A stretch of 13,299 bases of DNA from PVC group bacterium (lineage in GTDB: Bacteria > Auribacterota > Erginobacteria > Erginobacterales > Erginobacteraceae), in assembly GCA_043804695.1 (NCBI GenBank), contig JAZDIV010000007.1:1-13299 (forward strand), read 5' to 3'. Under the pieces are notes generated by a model. It saw only the letters and a program-made list of their open reading frames with translations. It did no database searches and had not been told where the DNA came from. The position numbers were made by a program, and so were the translations under genes. This document shows positions 6,993 to 13,299 of the stretch, one piece after another (the stretch's first letter is position 1; each line of letters opens with the position of its first letter).

Positions 6993-7739
6993 ATGAGAGA
7001 AGAGATGAAACGCGGTATTAAATGGATATCCTTGGCTCTGATGATTATAATATGCCATCAAACGGCAGGAACGGCCCGGGCCGGGACGTACAAAGATCCG
7101 ACGGTTGTACTTAATGTTAACTGCGGCGATACCTATAAGTATGGCGATGAGGTTAAGGTGACGGTACAGATTGAAAATGCCGATAGTTTTACTAAATTTG
7201 GTGAACGTTCTTTCACGGCTACTAAAAGATCATATATTATTAAAGGGGGAGCAACAGGAGTAACGTGGCATTATACGTACGATAGCGGATATGAAGAACC
7301 AAAGGGACCAGAGGATTTTCCTTTTGTGGAAACGATAACCCGCGAGCCTATACAAATCGAATTAACTATTGATTGGTATGATCCTGGTTTCGAGGGGACA
7401 ATAATTCCGGGAGATGTGACCCTGGAATTTTACATTACTAAAGAAAATGTCGATCCTGATGTGCCGAATAAAATAGAATGGTCAGGGGTCGGAAAAGGAC
7501 CGGTTGATGTTGGTCCCGGCGAATCCGTTACTTCAACCGCCTGTCTTATTCTCTCTCTTCCTGACTACGACGGCCCCGGAGGAGAGTGCGACTCTAAAAC
7601 TTTTAATTATGATAAAGAACTTGAAGCTTGGGAAGATGAACAGCAAGATCTGTATGATCAAGATCAAGATTGTCAGCAAGAGGGTTCGGGTAGTGCAGGC
7701 ATGCCGTGTCCTGGTTATCCATCAGTATACGATATATAA
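6993..7739 (+). CDS. Hypothetical secreted acidic protein
   Basis: Strong RBS AAGGAGG, signal-peptide-like N-terminus ending ARA, beta-rich-looking body and a D/E/Q-rich Cys-containing C-terminus. Visibly AT-richer than flanking genes. No family recognised. Confidence 0.8.
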   Translation: MREEMKRGIKWISLALMIIICHQTAGTARAGTYKDPTVVLNVNCGDTYKYGDEVKVTVQIENADSFTKFGERSFTATKRSYIIKGGATGVTWHYTYDSGYEEPKGPEDFPFVETITREPIQIELTIDWYDPGFEGTIIPGDVTLEFYITKENVDPDVPNKIEWSGVGKGPVDVGPGESVTSTACLILSLPDYDGPGGECDSKTFNYDKELEAWEDEQQDLYDQDQDCQQEGSGSAGMPCPGYPSVYDI

Positions 7740-7813
7740 TTGATTATCAGTAAGAGGCTTAACTAATACAGTTCCACCGCGGGCTTTCCAGTCTTAATTA
7801 AGGAGGATGAATC

Positions 7814-8620
7814 ATGTTTAAAAGAAATATAGTGATCATTAGTTTTTGTTGCTGTGCAACCGTTATATTTGGATGGGAATCATATGGCAATGAAAATGCT
7901 GAAAGTTTATATGATCAGGCCAAATCTCTATACCGGGAAAAAGCGTATGATAAAAGTATAGTAGTATCACGCGAAATTATAGAGAGATACCCGGATAGTG
8001 AAGTATCCGTGAAATCCGGAGCAGCTATTGTTGATTGCTATTATAAAATGAAAGATTATAACTTGTCTATTGAGTATGGTAACAAGTTTCTGAAAGATCA
8101 CTCAGATCATCCCTTCGCGGAAAACGTGGAATTGATAGTAGCGCGTTCTCTCCTATCGGAAAAACAATATGATGAAGCGGGGAGTAAATATAAGGAATTT
8201 ATTGATAAGCATAAAGGAAGCAATAAATTAGACGAGGCGTATTATTTCCTGGGCCATTGCTATGCAGGACCCGCAAATCAGTCCAGGAATAAACGGAAGC
8301 TTTTGAATCAAGCTTTAAATTGTTACAACATGGTAGTGAATGATTATCCGGATAGTGTATGGGTACATTCCGCAAATCATAATATAGGGATGACTTATTA
8401 CAGATTAGGGGATTATGAACAAGCAATTGTTTATTTGAAGAAATATATAAATAATGGAAAATCAGGAAAACTTCTTGGAAGTACCTTATTTTATTTAGGA
8501 GATTGTTATGAAAGACTCGGGAAAATAGATGAGGCAAAGAAGTTATATAACCGAATTATCACTGAGATGCCAAACACCAAATGGGAAGGACACGCTAAAA
8601 AAGCCTTGGGAAAAATATAA
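7814..8620 (+). CDS. Exported tetratricopeptide repeat protein (BamD/CpoB-like TPR pattern)
   Basis: RBS AAGGAGG, N-terminal hydrophobic segment and repeated TPR units (IIERYPDS, EAYYFLGHCY, VVNDYPDS, IGMTYYRLGDYEQA, LFYLGDCYERLGKIDEAKKLY). Strongly AT-rich. Confidence 0.88.
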   Translation: MFKRNIVIISFCCCATVIFGWESYGNENAESLYDQAKSLYREKAYDKSIVVSREIIERYPDSEVSVKSGAAIVDCYYKMKDYNLSIEYGNKFLKDHSDHPFAENVELIVARSLLSEKQYDEAGSKYKEFIDKHKGSNKLDEAYYFLGHCYAGPANQSRNKRKLLNQALNCYNMVVNDYPDSVWVHSANHNIGMTYYRLGDYEQAIVYLKKYINNGKSGKLLGSTLFYLGDCYERLGKIDEAKKLYNRIITEMPNTKWEGHAKKALGKI

Positions 8621-8910
8621 TTAGCACGGATTATTCATGAAAAACTAAAAATTGGGGCATAAAAAATGGGAAAGCTCCAGGTCAAGTTCGGAATTTCCTG
8701 TAAAAATAAGTTGAATAGTAGCTTCTCACTGCTTTTGTTGCGCGATCAATGTTGCTAAATCCGGGTCTTCCCATAACAAGTCGAGATCCACAACTTTCGG
8801 TTATACCTCAGTCAGGATCGTCCCTCATTTGAATGAGCGTTGGGTTGTCCTGATTTAATATTGATGTTTATGATGGTCAGTTAAGAACAAGAATATTTTT
8901 AATACCGTTT

Positions 8911-8944
8911 AAGCCCGTCCTGTTCCGGCAGGGCGGGTTTTTTT
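8911..8944 (+). terminator. Intrinsic terminator
   Basis: GCCCGTCCTG-ttccgg-CAGGGCGGGT stem (with G-U pairs) followed by a 7-T tract. Confidence 0.8.
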
Positions 8945-8954
8945 ATGTCCGGAG

Positions 8955-9107
8955 TCAGTGATGGTGAAGTCAACCCCGGCCAATCCGAATTTTTAAAGCA
9001 TTTCGCGAATATCCGGCTGACCAGACCGGAGGAGACATAAAGAGGGAAGGACCGGGCTGATCAAGGAGTTGTATAAGGAGCTGTTGAGCAGGGATAAGGA
9101 GGGATGA
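8955..9107 (+). pseudogene. Degenerate copy of the 3' end of the PLD1 gene
   Basis: Aligns to 5947-6099 (SVMVKSTPAN..FLKHFANIRLTRPEET..EGRTGLIKELYKELLSRDKEG*), with a 1-nt deletion near 8985 and a 1-nt insertion near 9038. Confidence 0.88.
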
Positions 9108-9245
9108 GTAGGGGTGAGCGGGAAAAGGAAGGGGATCAGAAGATCAGAAGACCAGTGGGGAGAGAATCAGGGGAGCAGGAGATCAGGTGGCCGAGCTGAC
9201 CCCGTCGCCGTGCGACCCGCATCACGCTATGCGCTTTGCCCAATC

Positions 9246-9270
9246 TGTGGGAGAGGTTTTTAACCTCGAT
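9246..9270 (+). repeat. Family B half element (single REP-like unit)
   Basis: TGTGGGAGAGGTTTTTAACCTCGAT, compared with TGTGGGAGAGGTTTTCAACCCCGAT at 10093-10117. Confidence 0.8.
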
Positions 9271-9329
9271 CCGGTAGGGTCGGGAAGCTGCTTGACCCTA
9301 TGTGCCAGGCGCTCTGCTCTATGCTCATT

Positions 9330-9379
9330 TGTGGGAGTGGCTTCTCGGAGATCCGGCAGTACTGACGGACAGCCGCGAT
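9330..9379 (+). repeat. REP-like unit TGTGGGAGTGGCTTC...AGCCGCGAT with a hairpin inserted in its loop
   Basis: Same TGTGGGAG...CGAT frame as family B but a different stem. The insert contains TCCG-g-CAGTACTG-a-CGGA. Confidence 0.65.
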
Positions 9380-9389
9380 TTAAAACACC

Positions 9390-9560
9390 ATGATTATTGA
9401 AAACGTAAAATGAGTCGGGATCATGATGCTTTTGTTGATCCTCCCCCTCTCCCCCGCCCTTGCCGACACCATCACCCTGAAAGACGGTTCCACACTGGAA
9501 GGCCGCACCGGCGCTCGGGATCAGGAGACCGTCCTCGTCTCCGTCCTCGGCCGGCGGCCT
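9390..9560 (+). pseudogene. Degenerate copy of the 5' end of the PLD2 gene
   Basis: MIIENVK*VGIMMLLLILPLSPALADTITLKDGSTLEGRTGARDQETVLVSVLGR versus PLD2 ADTITLKDGSTLEGRIGAQDSEIVLISVPGR. In-frame TGA at 9411-9413. Similarity ends near 9560 and no HKD domain follows. Confidence 0.85.
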
Positions 9561-9639
9561 GGGAGGTTGAAAAGTGGTGTCGGAAGGGATATCGAGTTGT
9601 GGTGGACTTATATTTCTCCAACAGGTTCCAGCAGGGGTG

Positions 9640-10062
9640 TCAGGCCAGCTTAACCGCGGTTCCGTAGGCGCAGACCTCGAGCACATTCGCGGAGATAACG
9701 GAGATGTCGAAGCGGACGTTGATCACCCCGTCCGCGCCGAACTTTTCCGCGTGGTTGATCATCCTGGTGAGGGCGGTGTCCCGGAGTTCAGTCAGCATGG
9801 CCGAGTATTCCTCCAGTTCGTTTTTCTCGGTTGCCGGCTGTTGGTCGCCGTCCTTCTGACGCATCTCCTCGCTCGGTACCAGGCCGACCTCATCGCCGGT
9901 GATAATCCGGGGCGCCAGGGCGATCGTGGACGCCATCGCCTTTTTGAGACTTTTAAAGAAAGATTCGCTTACCGGTTTGGATCCGACCACATTTCCCCGG
10001 ACGATCCCGAGGACATCGGTAATCTTCTTTGAGGGAGCACTGTCTATGTTGGTAATAATCAT
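9640..10062 (-). CDS. ybjQ: YbjQ/UPF0145 family (putative heavy-metal-binding) protein with an internal insertion
   Basis: MIITN...KITDVLGIVRGNVV, ELEEYSAMLTELRDTALTRM, GADGVINVRFD, EVCAYGTAVKL. AGGAGG RBS (10069-10074) supports start 10062 rather than 10185. Confidence 0.88.
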   Translation of the reverse strand: MIITNIDSAPSKKITDVLGIVRGNVVGSKPVSESFFKSLKKAMASTIALAPRIITGDEVGLVPSEEMRQKDGDQQPATEKNELEEYSAMLTELRDTALTRMINHAEKFGADGVINVRFDISVISANVLEVCAYGTAVKLA

Positions 10063-10092
10063 TGTTTTCCTCCTATAACTTGGCTTCGCAAC

Positions 10093-10156
10093 TGTGGGAG
10101 AGGTTTTCAACCCCGATTCGCGGCTTCCCTGATCGAGGTTGGAAACCTCTCCCACA
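10093..10156. repeat. Family B element, uninterrupted REP-doublet-like form
   Basis: TGTGGGAGAGGTTTTCAACCCCGAT-14 nt-ATCGAGGTTGGAAACCTCTCCCACA, a 25-bp near-perfect inverted repeat in which each arm is itself palindromic. Confidence 0.88.
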
Positions 10157-10183
10157 ATTACCTTATTGAAATTCCGAAACAGC

Positions 10184-10208
10184 AAGTTAGCGCCTTCGGC
10201 GCTAATTT
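10184..10208. repeat. Palindromic element family A, copy 2 (overlaps the stop codon of the 336-aa gene)
   Basis: AAGTTAGCGCC-TTC-GGCGCTAATTT. Positions 10202-10204 supply the TAG on the minus strand. Confidence 0.8.
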
Positions 10209-11212
10209 ATTTTTTCCACCTGTTCGTGATCGGTGACCAGGACCGCCCGGCGGGTTTCCCGGCCGGGGATGGCGAGGTTGACCAGAGGAGCTCTCAGGCG
10301 GACCCGGTCCCCCTCCCAGAGTTCTCCGCGGAGCGCTCCATTGTAGACAATCAGCTCCAGATCATCTTCCGTCCGGCCGTCGGCTCGTTCAATCTGCCGC
10401 AAGCCCACGATCGCCGGCAGGTAAAGGGTGTGCGTGTCCTCGCCGACGACCGCCTCCAGAGGGACGTTATCCTCGACCACCGTCATCTCGCAGCGGAGAA
10501 GCGGGATTTGAGAGACGTCGTCGTAACGGAAGAACGGGCAGATCAGCGTTCCCTCATAATAAAAACGGATCGGCCATTCTTTCCCCAGTTCCACGACCCG
10601 GGCTTCCGGGTTCGCGGCCAGGTAGCGCCGGATGCCCCGGGCCACCGCGGCGTTCTCTTCCGGGCTGCCGATGAATACGAGGTCAATGTCATCCTCGACC
10701 AGACCGTATGCCAGCGAGCCGGTTACCCCGGTTCGTTGCGGATCCCACCCGAGCAGCCGACAGGTTTTCTTCACCGCCGTGTCGATCCATTCATGTTCCC
10801 GGCAATGAATTTCCATCGAATGGTGGGCGTCGAAATAGCCGGAGCAGTCGGAAAGGGGAAACCGGACAAAATATTTAGCGAAGATCGGTTTGACGCCCGG
10901 CCGGTCGCGGAGTTCCGGCGCCACCTTGAACTGGTTCTCCACCTGTTGCGCAAAGGGAACCATGGTCAGTTCGCCGTTGATGAAAGTTCGATGCGTCCAG
11001 CCGAACGCGCGCCCGAAGATGTCGATATGCCCGCCTTCCAGGGGGTACTTGATGATCATCCCCCAGAATGAGCCGGGAGGATGGCAGTATCCTTCGGAAA
11101 AGACGAAACTTCCGTCTTTTCTCATGAAATAGGCGCTGTCCATCACCGGTCCCTCGAATAAGTCCATCGGGACGAGGAATTTCTCCATCATTTCATCAAA
11201 ACGATCTTTCAT
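10202..11212 (-). CDS. Probable pol-beta superfamily nucleotidyltransferase (resembles archaeal-type COG1665)
   Basis: GVTGSLAYGLVEDDIDLVFIG is an hG[GS]...DxD motif. The N-terminal YFMRKDGSFVFSEGYCHPPG and an OB-like C-terminus resemble COG1665 from memory. Host-like codon usage. Confidence 0.7.
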   Translation of the reverse strand: MKDRFDEMMEKFLVPMDLFEGPVMDSAYFMRKDGSFVFSEGYCHPPGSFWGMIIKYPLEGGHIDIFGRAFGWTHRTFINGELTMVPFAQQVENQFKVAPELRDRPGVKPIFAKYFVRFPLSDCSGYFDAHHSMEIHCREHEWIDTAVKKTCRLLGWDPQRTGVTGSLAYGLVEDDIDLVFIGSPEENAAVARGIRRYLAANPEARVVELGKEWPIRFYYEGTLICPFFRYDDVSQIPLLRCEMTVVEDNVPLEAVVGEDTHTLYLPAIVGLRQIERADGRTEDDLELIVYNGALRGELWEGDRVRLRAPLVNLAIPGRETRRAVLVTDHEQVEKIN

Positions 11213-11221
11213 GGCGGATGC

Positions 11222-11250
11222 ATAGTAGCCGATCGACGGCGGTGATTCAA
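11222..11250 (-). promoter_or_regulatory. Sigma70-like promoter for the nucleotidyltransferase gene
   Basis: Minus strand TTGAAT-17 nt-TACTAT, ending 9 nt before the ATG. Confidence 0.55.
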
Positions 11251-11256
11251 TAAGAA

Positions 11257-11285
11257 ATAAATTAGCGACTTCGGCGCTAATTTAT
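11257..11285. repeat. Palindromic element family A, copy 3
   Basis: ATAAATTAGCG-acttcgg-CGCTAATTTAT, 11-bp perfect arms. Confidence 0.8.
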
Positions 11286-11305
11286 AGGAATAATTCTTCA
11301 TGTTA

Positions 11306-11334
11306 TTGCGCTTCTCCTGACGGGGTGATACATT
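11306..11334 (+). promoter_or_regulatory. Possible sigma70-like promoter for the phosphodiesterase gene
   Basis: TTGCGC-17 nt-TACATT with a TGn extension. RBS AGGAG at 11354-11358. Confidence 0.4.
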
Positions 11335-11367
11335 GGATTTATTTAACATGGCTAGGAGCCGTCTTAG

Positions 11368-13299
11368 ATGAAAAACCGATTGATAATCTTCGCCTGTCTT
11401 TTCGGAGCCGTCTGTCTGGCGGCGCCGGAGCCGTCCTGCGCCTATATCGGTCCCGGGGCGGGGTTCGCGTTTCTCAGTTCTTTCATCTTCATCATCGGGG
11501 CGGTTCTGGTCGTTTTTCTCCTGATCTTCACGCTCCCTTTCCGGCTGCTCTTCAAGGCTCTGAAGAGAAAAAAGAAGCACGCCCCGGCCGCCGTTAACCG
11601 GCTGATCATCGTCGGGTTGGACGGCCTCGATCCCGAACTGGCCGCCGGGTTCATGGAGAAGGGAAAACTTCCCCATCTGGCCGCCCTCCGGAAAGAAGGC
11701 TGTTTCTCCCCCCTGAAAACAACCAACCCGCCGATCTCTCCGGTCGCCTGGTCGTCCTTCATGACCGGAGTCAACCCGGGCAAGCACAATATCTTTGATT
11801 TTCTCCGCCGGGATCCGAAGACCTATCTGCCGGCCCTCTCCTCGGCCGAGATCAACGCCACTGGCCGGTCCCTCCGGCTGGGAAAGCTGCGGATCCCGAT
11901 CGGGAAGCCGGTGATCAGGATGCTCCGGAAGTCGGTTCCTTTCTGGAAGATCCTCGGCGAGCACGGGGTTTTCAGCATTGTTCTCAAGGTGCCGATCACC
12001 TTTCCGCCCGAGAAGCACCGGGGGCTTTTGCTCTCCGGTCTCTGCACGCCGGACTTGAAAGGATCCCAGGGGACGTTTTCCTACTACACCACGAAAGAGG
12101 CCTCTGGCGCCGGCCTGACCTCCGGTTATCAATACCGTCTGGCCGGGACCGGCCTGGCCTACACCGCAGAGATCGTCGGTCCCCCCGATCCGAAACGGGA
12201 GGGGAAAAACCTGACCATCCCCCTCCGGATATCCGTCAGCCGGGAATCCGGCCGGGCGGAGCTGGAGATCGCGGGAGAAAAGATCCCTCTTGCCCTGGGT
12301 GTGCTTTCACCCTGGGTGTCCCTCTCGTTCAGGGCCGGCGTCCGGGCTCGGATCAGGGGGATCGCCCAGTTTTTCCTGAAGAGCGTCTCCCCGGAAGTCG
12401 AGCTGTACCTCTCGCCGATCCAGATCGACCCCGAAAAGCCGGCCCTCCCGATCTCTTCTCCCCTGATCTACTCGATCTACCTGAGCAAGCTTTTCGACCA
12501 GTTCGCCACCCTGGGTCTGCCCCAGGACACCTGGGCGCTCAATGAGGGCGTTTTGACCGATGACGGTTTCCTCCAGCAGACCTATGGGATTCATGAAAAA
12601 CTGGAGAAGATTTTTTTTCACAGCCTGCGGCAGTTAAAGAGCGGGCTCATCTGCTGTGTGTTTGATACCACCGATGTCATCCAGCACGAGTTCTGGCGCT
12701 ACCTGGAAGACGATCACCCGGCGCTGAGACCGGGCGACGTACCGAAACCGGAGGTCATCGAACAGCTCTATCGCCGGATGGACGACCTGGTGGGAAAGGT
12801 CCGCGGCCGTCTGAAGGACGGCGACCTGCTGTTGATTGTTTCCGACCACGGTTTCAAGCTCTTCCGGCGCGGGGTCAACGTCAACACCTGGCTCTTCCGT
12901 AATGGGTATCTCCACCTGAAGGAAGGCAGAAAAACTTCCGGCGAATGGTTCCGGGATGTTGACTGGACGAGGACCCGGGCGTACGCCTTCGGCCTTTCCG
13001 GGCTCTATATCAACCGGGAGGGGAGGGAAAAGAACGGGATCGTCCCCGGGGATGAAGTCCCGGCATTGAAGCGGGAATTGATCGGGAAACTGAGCGGTCT
13101 GCGGGATGAAGGCGGGGGCGGGCGCGAGGCGATCACCACCCTGTATGACACCGAAAAGATTTATAGCGGCCCCTATAAGGAAAACGCGCCCGATCTCATC
13201 ATCGGATTTTATCCCGGGTGGCGCCATTCCTGGGAGTCGGTCTCGGGCAAGGTGGAAGGAGACGTCTTTATCGACAATGAAAAGGCCTGGAGCGCGGAT
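11368..13299 (+). CDS. Alkaline phosphatase superfamily protein (type I phosphodiesterase/nucleotide pyrophosphatase-like), 3'-truncated by the window
   Basis: Open frame from ATG 11368 to the edge: MKNRLIIF..AYIGPGAGFAFLSSF-TM, IIVGLDGLDP, TTNPPISPVAWSSFMTGVNPGKHNIFDF, DTTDVIQHEFW, VSDHGF, NAPDLIIGF, AWSAD. Absent from the ORF track because its stop lies outside the window. Confidence 0.92.
   Translation, partial: MKNRLIIFACLFGAVCLAAPEPSCAYIGPGAGFAFLSSFIFIIGAVLVVFLLIFTLPFRLLFKALKRKKKHAPAAVNRLIIVGLDGLDPELAAGFMEKGKLPHLAALRKEGCFSPLKTTNPPISPVAWSSFMTGVNPGKHNIFDFLRRDPKTYLPALSSAEINATGRSLRLGKLRIPIGKPVIRMLRKSVPFWKILGEHGVFSIVLKVPITFPPEKHRGLLLSGLCTPDLKGSQGTFSYYTTKEASGAGLTSGYQYRLAGTGLAYTAEIVGPPDPKREGKNLTIPLRISVSRESGRAELEIAGEKIPLALGVLSPWVSLSFRAGVRARIRGIAQFFLKSVSPEVELYLSPIQIDPEKPALPISSPLIYSIYLSKLFDQFATLGLPQDTWALNEGVLTDDGFLQQTYGIHEKLEKIFFHSLRQLKSGLICCVFDTTDVIQHEFWRYLEDDHPALRPGDVPKPEVIEQLYRRMDDLVGKVRGRLKDGDLLLIVSDHGFKLFRRGVNVNTWLFRNGYLHLKEGRKTSGEWFRDVDWTRTRAYAFGLSGLYINREGREKNGIVPGDEVPALKRELIGKLSGLRDEGGGGREAITTLYDTEKIYSGPYKENAPDLIIGFYPGWRHSWESVSGKVEGDVFIDNEKAWSAD

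Noticed and set aside
8724..8800. Minus-strand peptide PKVVDLDLLWEDPDLATLIAQQKQ* as a gene remnant
   Set aside because: Too short, preceded by an in-frame stop, and no family is recognisable.
9411..9413. Recoded TGA (selenocysteine or Trp) in the PLD2-like fragment
   Set aside because: It lies in a signal peptide of a truncated fragment, and TGA is a normal stop for nfnB, PLD1 and ybjQ.
8955..9560. Diversity-generating retroelement TR/VR pair with the PLD genes
   Set aside because: Mismatches are not confined to adenines, indels are present, and no reverse transcriptase is in the window.
10139..11071. 310-aa plus-strand ORF
   Set aside because: Antisense to the motif-bearing nucleotidyltransferase gene and starts inside a repeat.
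10184..11285. Integron attC sites around the nucleotidyltransferase gene
   Set aside because: The palindromes are under 30 bp and lack the RYYYAAC...GTTRRRY box arrangement. No integrase is present.
11209..13227. Minus-strand ORFs of 307, 115, 74, 104 and 197 aa
   Set aside because: Shadows of the plus-strand AlkP-family gene.

Overview
Bacterial window with GC-rich genes separated by AT-richer, repeat-laden intergenic regions. Gene order: exbD; nfnA-nfnB (electron-bifurcating transhydrogenase); a putative exported-nuclease cluster (ComEC-type metallo-beta-lactamase domain without the channel, plus two single-HKD phospholipase D/Nuc-like proteins); an AT-rich pair (acidic secreted protein and TPR protein); a decayed second copy of the PLD1/PLD2 junction; a YbjQ-like gene; a probable nucleotidyltransferase; and a divergent alkaline-phosphatase-superfamily gene that runs off the right edge and is missing from the ORF track. 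Two things stand out. First, the MBL+PLD+PLD locus has a terminator-containing leader and a low-GC cassette lying between intact and pseudogenised PLD sequence. Second, several families of short palindromic elements recur across the window and are inserted inside one another, with visible covariation. No CRISPR array, rRNA, tRNA or transposase was seen. All family assignments come from motif recognition by eye, not database searches.
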